DNA from: Nitrososphaerota archaeon
GTDB lineage: Archaea; Thermoproteota; Nitrososphaeria_A; Caldarchaeales; Calditenuaceae
Direction: 5' to 3'
Assembly (NCBI GenBank): GCA_038845265.1
Contig: JAWBQR010000005.1
Coordinates: forward strand, 32,001 to 96,000
Length of the DNA stretch: 64,000 bases
A program made the translations under genes and the position numbers. Below the pieces are notes generated by a model. The model did no database searches. It saw only the letters and a program-made list of their open reading frames with translations, and had not been told where the DNA came from. Within the stretch, counting starts at the first letter, position 1. Each line of letters opens with the position of its first letter. Positions 29,574-39,692 of the stretch are shown in pieces.

Positions 29574-30126
29574 GAAGGTCCCTATAGATTGACTGGATAA
29601 GCGGTCTTAGAAGCTTAGCGATGCTCAGGACTCTCTTCAGATCTTTTCTGCAGTGATTGATGATGAGTGTTCTTCTTCCTTTCTTTCCGGCTAGGTATTC
29701 TGAGTAGAGCCTAGGAACGTCTATCCCGATGTACTCCTCGGGGAGATTTATGCCTAGATATCGCGAGACTGATTGAAGACTGTTTGAGCTGAGCCTCATG
29801 TGGTTTTTAGAGACCTCCATCAGGTCTATGTGTCTAGCCTCAAGTATGGGTGTCGGGTCGATTCTCAGCCTTACACATCTACTTATCAGGAATGGTATAT
29901 CGAATCCTAGGCCTCCCCAAGTAAAGTAGATGTTTACTTCTTGGAAGATCTTTATGAATTCTCTGAGTGATGACTCCTCTTCCTCCGGCGTCTTTACGAA
30001 GATTATTTTTTCTTTGCCCTTAAAGTACTCAGCTAGCCCGATGCATATGACTTGACCTGTATCAGCGGTGAGACTTGTAGTCTCTATGTCCAGCGCGTAG
30101 ACAACTGGCCTAAGAGTCAAGGACAC
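29560..30126 (-). CDS. RNase H-like (YprB/RNase_H_2) exonuclease-domain protein
   Basis: LDIETT, FDIPFL, HIDL, HCRKD. Confidence 0.85.
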   Translation of the reverse strand: MSLTLRPVVYALDIETTSLTADTGQVICIGLAEYFKGKEKIIFVKTPEEEESSLREFIKIFQEVNIYFTWGGLGFDIPFLISRCVRLRIDPTPILEARHIDLMEVSKNHMRLSSNSLQSVSRYLGINLPEEYIGIDVPRLYSEYLAGKKGRRTLIINHCRKDLKRVLSIAKLLRPLIQSIYRDLPNLS

Positions 30127-30276
30127 ATCAACACTCTATTTAGAATTGCAATTCCTTATAATTTTGCCTTCTAAGAACCGTTTGTTTATTCTTATGTTTT
30201 ACAAATATTTTTCGGTCTGTATTGGCTTAGCGTCAAAGTGCATCAGTTATATAATGGCTCATGCATTCAGGGAGAT

Positions 30277-30699
30277 GTGTCTGAACCGGATGAATCGGAG
30301 CTTGACCGCATACTTCAGAGAAAGTTACGCGAGCTTATGAGGGATAGCAATGCGCCTGAAGAGAGTGCGAGTTTCCCGTCAGAACCAATCGATATTACTG
30401 ATAAAGATTTTGATAAATTCATATCACGTTACCCCTTAGTGGTTGTCGATTTCTGGGCCGACTGGTGTATGCCTTGCAGATTTCTCGCGCCGATAGTGAA
30501 GGAGCTTGCAAAGGAGATGTCCGGAAAGGTAGTCTTCGGTAAGCTGAACGTGGATGAGAATCCTGTGACTTCCAGCAAGTTCGGCATTATGAGCATTCCC
30601 ACCCTGATTATCTTTAAGGATGGAAGACCTGTGGACGCAGTGGTGGGCGCACTGCCTAAGTCTAAGCTACATGCGCTAATAATAAAACATCTTCACTGA
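30277..30699 (+). CDS. trxA: Thioredoxin
   Basis: VVDFWADWCMPC, SIPT; likely GTG start 30277. Confidence 0.93.
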   Translation: MSEPDESELDRILQRKLRELMRDSNAPEESASFPSEPIDITDKDFDKFISRYPLVVVDFWADWCMPCRFLAPIVKELAKEMSGKVVFGKLNVDENPVTSSKFGIMSIPTLIIFKDGRPVDAVVGALPKSKLHALIIKHLH

Positions 30700-30772
30700 A
30701 ATTTTTGGGTCCTTGTCATGCATTAATGTTTAAAACTTAGGGTGTTTATTAATTGTTAGATGGCTGGTTAGT

Positions 30773-31696
30773 TTGCTGATATCTCCGTCTCTAAGCCTCG
30801 CTAAGTACTTAACAGAGAAGAAGAGAGAGCTCGATGACTGGTTCGCTATGAAGGCTAGGGAGAGCATTGACGGTGGCCTGATAAAGGAGACGATTAAAGG
30901 CGGGAAGAGGCTTAGGCCGCTTTTGTTGATGCTTGTCTTTGACGCTCTAGACGGAAAGGATAGGGAGTCCGCCCTTGACGTTGCCTATGCACTTGAGCTT
31001 GCACATAACGCAAGCCTAGTCCACGACGATATAATTGACTGGGACTACTATAGGCGCAGTAGGCCAGCGCTCTGGCGACAGATAGGAATTGGAAGAGCAG
31101 TTATTCAGGGGCACAGAATTATCAACACTGCATTTCGAACCGTACTGGACAAGGGAGTTGAGATTACTAGATTATTTCTAGAGGCTTGGGAAAACTCTTC
31201 ATTCGGAGTATTAGAAGAACTGTTCTCCTCGACCCCACCATCCAAGATGCTATATCTCAGGATTATTCAGGAAAAGACTGCTTCACTCTTCGCCGCTGGA
31301 GCTGAGTCGGCGGCCGTCCTAGCGGGCTCCTCGGAAAAGATGAGAAATCTAGCTAGGAGGTACGGACTACTCGTCGGCACCGTCTACCAATTAGCAGATG
31401 ATTATGTAGATCTTAGGCGCAATAAGGGGTTGATAAGAGTCATTTTGAGGCTTAGAAATATTGACGAGGCCGTAAGGAAGGGCTACATCGCGCTTAAGGA
31501 GGGGAGGCTTCTACGCTTCTTAGAGATCATACAGCAATCAAGCAGGTTTTACTCTTTCATTACAGAGCTTCTCAGGGAATGTTACGATGAGATTGATAAA
31601 ATTGTCGACGCAATGGAGATTAAGGAGGAATATAGACCCTTGCTAAAAGAGTTTCCAAGATTCTGCGTAGAACAAATGCTGAAAGAGAGTAAGTAA
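30773..31696 (+). CDS. trans-Polyprenyl diphosphate synthase (probably medium/long chain)
   Basis: GGKRLRP, ASLVHDDIID..RR, KTASLF, YQLADDYVD; Ala at -5 of the first DDxxD. Confidence 0.88.
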   Translation: MLISPSLSLAKYLTEKKRELDDWFAMKARESIDGGLIKETIKGGKRLRPLLLMLVFDALDGKDRESALDVAYALELAHNASLVHDDIIDWDYYRRSRPALWRQIGIGRAVIQGHRIINTAFRTVLDKGVEITRLFLEAWENSSFGVLEELFSSTPPSKMLYLRIIQEKTASLFAAGAESAAVLAGSSEKMRNLARRYGLLVGTVYQLADDYVDLRRNKGLIRVILRLRNIDEAVRKGYIALKEGRLLRFLEIIQQSSRFYSFITELLRECYDEIDKIVDAMEIKEEYRPLLKEFPRFCVEQMLKESK

Positions 31697-31754
31697 TAGT
31701 CCTTGATTTAAGTATATTATAGTCAACGAGTCATTGAATAGTCAGTGTTGGGAC

Positions 31755-33332
31755 ATGGCTATCGAGGGATTATTAGAGATAGCCACCGCGTTATCACTCT
31801 CATGGCTAAGGCTAGGAGCAGCCCTGCTCCTATCGATAGCTATGTCCCTCCTAGTCGGCATCCCCTCAGGCCTCAGTAGAGGCGTAGAGCGGTTAGTCCT
31901 TCCCATACTTGACGTCCTCCAGAGCGTCCCAATACTGGGTTTCTTCCCAATCGCTGTCTACTTCTTCATCTCTATAAATCCGATACTTGGTCCGGACCTT
32001 GCCTCTATCTTTCTTATATTTACTTCTACTTTCTGGAATATGGCGTTCGGCGTATACGAGGGCGTAAGGGCCATTCCGCCAGAGCTATACGAAATTTCTA
32101 GAATAGTCAACCTAGGCATCTCTAAGAGACTACGCCAGATCATAATTCCAGCATCTATTCCGAGGATAATTTCTCAGCTCCCTCCCTCGATAGCCAATGG
32201 GCTTTACTTCCTGACCGCGAGCGAGATCATCTCGTTCGGGGAGAAAGAGATTAGCGTAGCCGGGGTGGGCTCCCTAGTCGCCACATATGTGAGGAAAAAT
32301 GACGTTACAGGAATAGTCATAACCGTAGGCTCGCTAGCCCTCAGCATAGCGCTCATATTCACCCTAATAGTTAACCCATTAATCACTTGGGCAGAGAAGT
32401 TTAGGTTCGAGACAGTAACTACGCCCAGCAGGCCCGGTAGGGTGACACTTGGCCCTGTTAGGAGGATCTTCACGACGGTGAGGACGCGTATTCCATCGAT
32501 GAGGATGCAGCTTACTCTTCCGAGTGTCTTTGTCCACGTTGGACACATGCCTAGACATCTATCCCGCTTCATATTCATAATGGCTATCAGTGCAGCAGCG
32601 ATATTTTTCTTGACAGTCTCTTCGAGCTACATCTCTGACGTGCCGAGAATACTCATGGGTATCTGGCTCATGATTAATGAGATGGGATACATCCTGGTAC
32701 TCAACTCGGTTGGCATGTCATTTGTCAGGATAGCCATTGCCATCTTCTTATCCCTCCTATGGTCAATTCCCGTGGCCTACATAGTCGCTAAGAGCGATAG
32801 GCTCAGGAGGACCGCCCTCCCAGTCATACAGATAATCGCCTCGATGCCTGTACCGATCTTCTTCCCACTCATAGCTGATGCATTTCTATCATCAAGAGAA
32901 TTTATCGAGCTGGGATCAATATTGCTGATAGTCTTGGGCACTCAGTGGTACATTTTTTACTCCCTTGTGGGTGGATTTTTAAGAATTCCTACAGAGTACC
33001 GAGAGCTCTCCAAGAGCTATAGTCTAGGCAGGCTGAGGGAGCTATTCATAATCTATATTCCGTTTGCCATGCCCTCACTGGTGACTGGCCTAATTACTGC
33101 GACTGGCGGAGCATGGAACACCCTCGTAGTCGCTGAGCGCCTCGTCATCGGTGGACGGGTCTTTGAAACAAGTCTCCCAGGGCTTGGAAAGCTACTCTCG
33201 CAGTACACCGAGATGGGCTCAGTCTACGGCATGGCCGTGATAGTCTTCGTCATGACTGTGATAGTCGTCGCGTTTAATAGGTTCATCTGGCGCCCGCTCT
33301 ATGACAGGACAATAAAGATGGTGAGGGAGTAA
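31755..33332 (+). CDS. ABC transporter permease, fused two-TMD NitT/TauT-like type
   Basis: DVLQSVPILGFFP, WNMAFG, QWYIF, GGAWN..VAE. Confidence 0.9.
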   Translation: MAIEGLLEIATALSLSWLRLGAALLLSIAMSLLVGIPSGLSRGVERLVLPILDVLQSVPILGFFPIAVYFFISINPILGPDLASIFLIFTSTFWNMAFGVYEGVRAIPPELYEISRIVNLGISKRLRQIIIPASIPRIISQLPPSIANGLYFLTASEIISFGEKEISVAGVGSLVATYVRKNDVTGIVITVGSLALSIALIFTLIVNPLITWAEKFRFETVTTPSRPGRVTLGPVRRIFTTVRTRIPSMRMQLTLPSVFVHVGHMPRHLSRFIFIMAISAAAIFFLTVSSSYISDVPRILMGIWLMINEMGYILVLNSVGMSFVRIAIAIFLSLLWSIPVAYIVAKSDRLRRTALPVIQIIASMPVPIFFPLIADAFLSSREFIELGSILLIVLGTQWYIFYSLVGGFLRIPTEYRELSKSYSLGRLRELFIIYIPFAMPSLVTGLITATGGAWNTLVVAERLVIGGRVFETSLPGLGKLLSQYTEMGSVYGMAVIVFVMTVIVVAFNRFIWRPLYDRTIKMVRE

Positions 33333-34100
33333 ATGTCGGCGAGAGAGCCAATCCTGAGGCTGATAGACGTAAAGTTTGAGCACAAGCTGAGGGGTGGCAG
33401 GACGCTTCCAATATTTAACGGCATCAACGTATCAGTCCACTACGCAGAGTTCTTGGGAATCGTGGGGCCGAGCGGCTGCGGAAAATCAACGCTCCTAAGA
33501 ATAATGGCCGGGCTCATCCGGCCGACCCATGGTAGAGTAATATTCAGAGAAGAGGAGTTGACAAGCCCGACGCCAAGAATATCGATGATGTATCAGAGCC
33601 CGACACTGATTCCATGGCTATCAGTCTGGGACAACGTCTACCTCGCTGTATCCTCGAGGAGAGACATGACCGAGGAGGAGAAGAGGGAGAAGACATCGCT
33701 GTTCATTAACCTAGTGGGTCTAGAGGGCTTCGAGTCGGCATATCCATCGGAGCTGAGCGGAGGAATGAAGCAGAGAGTAGCGCTCGCGAGGGCACTAGTC
33801 ACGAGCCCAGACGTCCTACTGCTCGACGAGCCCTTCAGCAACCTCGACCCCCTGACCGCGATAAACCTCAGCAGAGAGGTAGAATACATGTGGCTTGACT
33901 CCAGCCTGCCACCCGCCTCAGTCGTGATGGTCTCCCACAGCATAGACGAGGTCGTACAGCTCTCAGACAGAGTACTAGTACTGAAGGGGCGACCGGCAGA
34001 GATCATTGCGGAGATAAATATCGAGTTAGAGAGGCCCCGGAACAAGAAGTCCGAGGAGTTCTATCGATACGTCGACGAGATATTCACTCTCGTGAGCTAG
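33333..34100 (+). CDS. ABC transporter ATP-binding protein (NitT/TauT-like)
   Basis: GPSGCGKST, LSGGMKQR, LLDEPFSNLDPLTA. Confidence 0.95.
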   Translation: MSAREPILRLIDVKFEHKLRGGRTLPIFNGINVSVHYAEFLGIVGPSGCGKSTLLRIMAGLIRPTHGRVIFREEELTSPTPRISMMYQSPTLIPWLSVWDNVYLAVSSRRDMTEEEKREKTSLFINLVGLEGFESAYPSELSGGMKQRVALARALVTSPDVLLLDEPFSNLDPLTAINLSREVEYMWLDSSLPPASVVMVSHSIDEVVQLSDRVLVLKGRPAEIIAEINIELERPRNKKSEEFYRYVDEIFTLVS

Positions 34101-34608
34101 TTGTCTGAGCCTTCGCAGCCCTTCTACGCCTAAGCCTAAATGCTCTGGACTCTCCGTCATATTCTAGCCATCCAGTCATCACTAGCCAGTCAATGATGAA
34201 TGTCCTAAGCCTCTCGAGCTGCTCATCGTCAGATTCACACAGCTTGACCGCGTTGTTTATCTCCTCAATAGTGACGGGAGCGTTCCTCGAGGAGACGTAC
34301 TGTATGATTGACCTGAACGGCTCAACCTTCTCCACGATCTCTGTGAGCATCTTTATCTTTCCAGTCAATAGCCTCCTAGAGAAGCCGAGACCACTCTGAG
34401 TGAGCTGGACGTCACCATCTATGACGCTGACTAGGCCGAGCGCCTCCGCTGCCTCTAAGACCCTCAGTAAATGCCCAAGCTCCATCCCTATCTCCTTCGA
34501 TAGCTGCGCCAGGTCTACCCTCCCCTTGAAGAGCCCGACAACATCGAGGAGCCCGGCGATCATTCCGGGAGTTACATCTAATGGGCATTTAGGCCCGTCT
34601 TGACTCAA
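34084..34608 (-). CDS. Stand-alone AAA-associated C-terminal domain (AAA_assoc_C-like) of NitT/TauT ATPases
   Basis: P.DV.PG.IAGLL, GRVDLAQL, LL.V.EAAEALGL...DGDV.LT..G. Confidence 0.75.
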   Translation of the reverse strand: MSQDGPKCPLDVTPGMIAGLLDVVGLFKGRVDLAQLSKEIGMELGHLLRVLEAAEALGLVSVIDGDVQLTQSGLGFSRRLLTGKIKMLTEIVEKVEPFRSIIQYVSSRNAPVTIEEINNAVKLCESDDEQLERLRTFIIDWLVMTGWLEYDGESRAFRLRRRRAAKAQTTSSRE

Positions 34609-34658
34609 CTCTCAATAATTGTTTGTTGGTCTCATATATTAGTTTGGTATATGAAGCC

Positions 34659-35825
34659 CTAAGAAAAGTTTTTATATAGCTGTAGGACCTGGCGGACAAC
34701 CTCCGCGGCACCGCCAAGCCTCCCGGCCTGCTCCACGTAACGAGAGACTACCTCGTCGCTTATCGTGTCGTATGCCTGCGTTATCGCCGTCCTGAGCGTC
34801 TCTGAGTTGAGCATTTCCTCATTTAGAACAACTGCCGCTCCCTTATTCATCAGGCTTCTGGCGTTTGATTCTTGTTCAGAGTGTCTGGGAATGGGGACCG
34901 TGACCAGCCTGCATCCATAGGCGAGGGCCTTTGTCAGGAGGGACTGCCCTGCCCGGCTCACAACCACGTCTGATGCGGCGAGCAGCTCATACTCATCCAC
35001 TACCCAGTCAACCACCCAGAGCCTATCACTCCTGAATGAGTATCCACTACTGGGTCTTCCACGCGTAAAGATTATCTGCATATCCCTTAGGCCGGGCAAT
35101 GCATTGATAATCTTTTCAGTGAATCTCTCCCTCTCTTGTCTGGGCCCGGTGGCCTGGATTAGGATGAGCGGCTCATCCTGCCTGAAGCCGAGCTTTCTCT
35201 TGAGCTCGTTCCTAGGCGGATAGTCCCTAGGTGTCCGGCTCATTATTGGACCAACGTAGACTGTCCTGCCCTCTATGCTGCTTGGTAGTCTGAGGTTATC
35301 CTCAGAGACCGTGAGAGGGGGCTGGTAATCAGAGATGAGCAGGATATCGCTCAGTGACCATACGTGCGCAACGATGCTGGATGCTGCCTCGGTTATCTCG
35401 GCTAGCCGATGCCACCTCTCGCTCCTCACGAGGAGGTAGAACTGGTTCAGGAGAAGGGCCGTCGGGATTCCCATCAATTTGGCCGCAAGAATCGTAGTGG
35501 CCCTAGTATCTGAAAAGACAGCGGCTGGGCCGACATCACTCATTATTCTATACTCAATTGAGACTTGGGCCGCGACGGTTATTGGTAGAAAGATGTTCCT
35601 GAGTATTGTCCCCCTGAAGCTGAAGGCCCCATCCGGTCCTAGTCCATACCCTATAGATAGAGACTTGTTTATCGGGAGGCCATACTTATTGAAGAACTCG
35701 ACCGCGTCGCCGTAGGTCGATATTGATAATTCATGTCCCATTGAAAGAAGCTTCTTCGCTATGACTAGGCTTCGTGAAGCATGTCCAAGCCCGATGCCGC
35801 ATATGCCCATATGTATTCTAGCCAT
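34659..35825 (-). CDS. GT-B glycosyltransferase (GT28/MurG-like)
   Basis: GIGLGHASR, YVGPI, VSRAG, P.PRHSEQ.SNA. Confidence 0.88.
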   Translation of the reverse strand: MARIHMGICGIGLGHASRSLVIAKKLLSMGHELSISTYGDAVEFFNKYGLPINKSLSIGYGLGPDGAFSFRGTILRNIFLPITVAAQVSIEYRIMSDVGPAAVFSDTRATTILAAKLMGIPTALLLNQFYLLVRSERWHRLAEITEAASSIVAHVWSLSDILLISDYQPPLTVSEDNLRLPSSIEGRTVYVGPIMSRTPRDYPPRNELKRKLGFRQDEPLILIQATGPRQERERFTEKIINALPGLRDMQIIFTRGRPSSGYSFRSDRLWVVDWVVDEYELLAASDVVVSRAGQSLLTKALAYGCRLVTVPIPRHSEQESNARSLMNKGAAVVLNEEMLNSETLRTAITQAYDTISDEVVSRYVEQAGRLGGAAEVVRQVLQLYKNFS

Positions 35826-35855
35826 ACCACGCCCCCTAGTCGAGGTCGATATGGA

Positions 35856-36491
35856 TTAGCAGGCCTTACGTGGGATGGACTTTATGTCGACCCTATTTAC
35901 TTCTCCATTCGGCTCCTTCTCCGCGAATATTTCCGCAGTAAAACGCTTAATCACGGCCGTCCCAGTGAGCCAGAAGGTCGGCGGCAGACCAGCCTTAAAG
36001 CAGAGGTTCGTGAGGAACTCCTCTGCGTCCCACCCATACTCTACTGGTACTTGGGGGAGGAGAAGACCTGCTCCAAATGGAGACTCGATTATCAATCCAT
36101 CCCTACCAATCTCTATCATGCTTGGAATCAGTTTTCTGTCCCTCGCAGCTATCTCTTCCGGAATCGTTAAGACGCTTACCTCAACGACTATTCGGTCGAG
36201 CTCGTCTTTACTGAGCGGGGGAAATCTCGGGTCTCCGAACGCTGCGCTCAGGGCGGCATCTACGACCTGCTCCAAAAAATCCTTTACGGGATATGGAAAG
36301 CCTATGCATCCCCTCAGCTCAAGTTCTGGATAAGTGTTAAGCGTGACAAATACCCCTCTTTTGAGCTGCCTTAACGCCTCAGGTGCCCGATGGAGGGTTC
36401 GGGGTTTTTCACCCTTAATCTTCGATGTAATAGCGTTTCTTGCTAGCTTGACTAGAAATGTGCCTTCCTCATCACTAAGCATCTTTGACAC
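35856..36491 (-). CDS. AMMECR1 domain protein
   Basis: GVFVT, LRGCIG, DPRF, GLLLPQV, CFKAG. Confidence 0.95.
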   Translation of the reverse strand: MSKMLSDEEGTFLVKLARNAITSKIKGEKPRTLHRAPEALRQLKRGVFVTLNTYPELELRGCIGFPYPVKDFLEQVVDAALSAAFGDPRFPPLSKDELDRIVVEVSVLTIPEEIAARDRKLIPSMIEIGRDGLIIESPFGAGLLLPQVPVEYGWDAEEFLTNLCFKAGLPPTFWLTGTAVIKRFTAEIFAEKEPNGEVNRVDIKSIPRKAC

Positions 36492-36539
36492 GAATAAAGT
36501 TACTGCCCGGGGCTTTATTATGTTTATTCTCAGCGTTAG

Positions 36540-37004
36540 TTAGGTGCCTTCTATCTTGCTAGCCGCTATGTATGCCCGCCTAAGTGTCCTCAGTATGTTT
36601 CTCCAGTGACTACCGATCCAAAACCTCTGACCACAAGAGCTGCATCGCCATATCCCTTCTAGTTCAGGGCTGAGGAGACCGTTGCAGAGTGAACACCTCG
36701 TTATTCTCGGCTTTAGAAAAGCCTCTATGGGTAGGCTAAATTCTCTCGAGATATACTTAGCAACTTCTGCGAGGTTTGTCTCAATGTCTCTATACTGGAG
36801 CAGACATGACCTCAGCCCCTTCGTTGATGCCGCTCGATGAAGATCTACGTCTGATGTAACTATTATTCTTCCAGTCTTCGATGCAATCTCTATGAGTTCC
36901 TCGTCCTTACCCTCCCAGTATTGAGAATCATATCCGAGAATTCTTAACCATCTACATAGGTTTCCATGCATAGAGTCAATAATGAAGGTAGGCTCACTAC
37001 TCAC
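36540..37004 (-). CDS. Mut7-C RNase (PIN-like) domain protein
   Basis: FIIDSMHGNLCRWLRILGYD, RCSLCN, CSSCG..FW.GSHW. Confidence 0.9.
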   Translation of the reverse strand: MSSEPTFIIDSMHGNLCRWLRILGYDSQYWEGKDEELIEIASKTGRIIVTSDVDLHRAASTKGLRSCLLQYRDIETNLAEVAKYISREFSLPIEAFLKPRITRCSLCNGLLSPELEGIWRCSSCGQRFWIGSHWRNILRTLRRAYIAASKIEGT

Positions 37005-37581
37005 TTCTCTTCTCTAATTCTATTCTACAGTCCTCGCATAAGTATTGCTCGTCGACCCTGACGAGCATGTCGCTCCATTCACCACACGAGTCGCAGTATC
37101 CCTCAAGGTATTGCTCAGAGCCTAGAACCTTTGCTCCTCGCAGTCTTAACTGCTCTTTCACAATCTCCAAAATGTCTGGAGTAACCTTGAGGATGTCCTT
37201 GACACTAATTATTCCATGGACCTCGTCCTTATACGTGACGACAAGACGACTTATCCCCATCTTATTCATTCTTCTCAGAGCCTCCTCGATAGTCTCATCT
37301 GGACTAGCAGTCACGAGGGGCGTCGACATGATCTCTGAGACCCTAACGTCGCTTGGCTTCTTGTCCAGCGCAACCACCTTCTCTATCAAGTCTCTCTTAG
37401 TCACTATCCCGACGGGCTTGCCATTCTTCTTCACGACGATACCGCTTATCTTGTACTTTGTCATTAATTCAGCCACTATCTTGGCGGTGTCATCAACATT
37501 AACCTCAATAACCGGGCTACTCATCACGTCCCTTACGGTCACTTCGTCGCTTAGGAACAGCTTCTTCAACTGTTTCTCCAC
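36997..37581 (-). CDS. CBS-pair protein with C-terminal zinc ribbon
   Basis: VRDVMSSP, GIVTKRDL, GYCDSCG...LCEDC. Confidence 0.9.
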   Translation of the reverse strand: MEKQLKKLFLSDEVTVRDVMSSPVIEVNVDDTAKIVAELMTKYKISGIVVKKNGKPVGIVTKRDLIEKVVALDKKPSDVRVSEIMSTPLVTASPDETIEEALRRMNKMGISRLVVTYKDEVHGIISVKDILKVTPDILEIVKEQLRLRGAKVLGSEQYLEGYCDSCGEWSDMLVRVDEQYLCEDCRIELEKRSE

Positions 37582-37736
37582 GACGGAGATGTCGCCCCGA
37601 TTAAATAAGGTTTTCCCGAGACAAATTATAAAAGAGATAATTCTGAAGGTAATACAAAATATCGAGTATTGTAACTTTGCAGCTGTGTTTGTGGATTGTG
37701 AAGCTTTTAGAACTTGTGTCTAATTGCTTAGAATTC

Positions 37737-39617
37737 TTACTTGATGATTCTTGCCTTTCCGTAGGGTATCAGGGACTTAAACTCCTCTAATTCCTCTCTA
37801 CTCAACTCTACTCCGATTTTCTCCTTCACGACTACTGCGAATGCCTTGGCGAGCTCCTCCGCCTTCTTCTCTCCTGGAACAATCGAGACATAGGCCCTAG
37901 AAACCGAGGAGACCCATCTCTCATGACCAACAACAATACGTCTAGAGTCTTCGCGTAGACCAATACATAATCTCAGAGCTACCTGGAAGTATGTTTTTGG
38001 AGGCTTAACAATAAATGAGCCACGTGGAAGATATGTACCGGGAGGAGGAGAAAAGCTCACCTGGTCTGGGCGAATCATGTAGACCGAGATCGATGAGAGC
38101 TCCTCCCTCCATGCCCTGCTATAGGCGCCGCAGAAGGTTGCTGCCTCCTCGAGTTCCTCACTGGTTGCATTATTTCCGTCTTTGAGCAGGACGACGGGAG
38201 AGCCCCTCACATCGGCGTGAAAGACCAAGTCATGCGCATCGAGATGCTTCTTTAATAGCTTAATATTGGTTGAGGCGTCTCTTCCCGCAACCAATAGTCT
38301 GCCTCCAGAAGTATAGCTCCATCTATAATTCTCAAACCACTCCCTCTTCTGCAGCGCCCTCACACTCGGCAACATAGCCACCGTCTCACCCCTAGCTCTC
38401 AGAGCCTCGATCTTCCTCGTGATCTCTATTATCTCGGCCTTAATGTTCTCGACTCCCCTCAATATCATCTTAGCATCGTTGAAGAGCGATGACGCTTGCC
38501 TCGAGGCAGGCTCCCTCATCAATAGCTTTATCTGCTCTTCACCAATCTGAATCGTGAAAGTACCCTCGCCCCAGTCGACGCTCAATACATTGCTGCTCGA
38601 CAATCCGGCAAGCACTCCCAGCCTCGTCTCCTCAACCAGCCCAAGATTGCTAAAGATCAGTTCTGCCTGTCTCTTCTTCTTCTCAGCCTCGCTCTCAAGA
38701 GTTGAGATTAGTTTCTTCTTTTCAAGCAGCTCCTTCTCTAGTCTCTCAGCCTCCCTCGATGCTCCCTCTGAGACTATAGTTGGCCGGGACTCGTAGTATT
38801 TCCTGACCGCCTCGTTGAAGGACCCTACCAGCTCGTATCTCAATCCGACCTGCTCGAGGCTTCTTAGAGAGAACGGCGCAGGAATAACTACTTCACCATC
38901 AGTATAGATTCGGGGGCTCGGTCTGGCCAAGTCATTCCTTAGAGACTCCAACGACTCTAAGACGCGTTCAAGCAAGTCTTCAGAGAGTTCCGAGAGTTTC
39001 ATCGATGCATCTACACCTGCCCTGCTCAAGGCCTCGTCCGTATATTTAGGCCCAAGGCCAAGCTCCTTCACAAGCGCAACACCGACCTTCACATTCTTAT
39101 CGAGACTCCCAAGAATTCTTGCCGCCTCATCCCTATCAAGCACCGTTCTCCTAGCTGGCGGAGCCACATACTCTCTTCCAGAAAATTCAGTCGGATACGA
39201 TGCCTTCACTATGCACCTATCATCAGTGAGGACTATGTGGCCTCCTGGAAAAAGCTCAGCCACAAGACTGAAGATGGGCTCCCTCAGCCCAAGCACCATC
39301 TTCACAATCCTCTCGCCGCCAACAGTCTCGACGCTCTTCACAAATAATCCCTTGACGAGCTCCCTGAGACTCTTCGCGAAAGCATCAAGCTCTCCATGAG
39401 CTTCATACACACCCTCTACGAGGAATAGACACTTGTTTGGAACTATCCTGAGGTCTCTTCTACCCTCCTCAGATGATAGCCGAAACACATAGGAAGAATC
39501 AGGCAACCTATAGACATTAGCCACCCTACATCCAAGAAGCTTATCCCTAATCTCATCGGCAAGTATCGCTATCTCGATGCTGCTCAGCTCGCCGCGAACT
39601 CTTCTTAACAAGGACAA
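37737..39617 (-). CDS. NFACT family ribosome quality-control protein (Rqc2/aRqcH)
   Basis: ERIV, ELFPGG.IVL, WFENYRW, AGRDA..N, FHADV.G, P.G.YL..GSF. Confidence 0.9.
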   Translation of the reverse strand: MSLLRRVRGELSSIEIAILADEIRDKLLGCRVANVYRLPDSSYVFRLSSEEGRRDLRIVPNKCLFLVEGVYEAHGELDAFAKSLRELVKGLFVKSVETVGGERIVKMVLGLREPIFSLVAELFPGGHIVLTDDRCIVKASYPTEFSGREYVAPPARRTVLDRDEAARILGSLDKNVKVGVALVKELGLGPKYTDEALSRAGVDASMKLSELSEDLLERVLESLESLRNDLARPSPRIYTDGEVVIPAPFSLRSLEQVGLRYELVGSFNEAVRKYYESRPTIVSEGASREAERLEKELLEKKKLISTLESEAEKKKRQAELIFSNLGLVEETRLGVLAGLSSSNVLSVDWGEGTFTIQIGEEQIKLLMREPASRQASSLFNDAKMILRGVENIKAEIIEITRKIEALRARGETVAMLPSVRALQKREWFENYRWSYTSGGRLLVAGRDASTNIKLLKKHLDAHDLVFHADVRGSPVVLLKDGNNATSEELEEAATFCGAYSRAWREELSSISVYMIRPDQVSFSPPPGTYLPRGSFIVKPPKTYFQVALRLCIGLREDSRRIVVGHERWVSSVSRAYVSIVPGEKKAEELAKAFAVVVKEKIGVELSREELEEFKSLIPYGKARIIK

Positions 39618-39692
39618 GTCGATCCTCTGACAAAACAGACACTATTCACAATATATATCACTCTTGCGGAAAATTTGTTGAGGGGTAGCTCG

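Noticed and set aside
37067-37723. 218-aa antisense ORF (similarly 49729-50463 and 42467-43165)
   Set aside because: Overlap well-supported genes on the opposite strand and have no motifs
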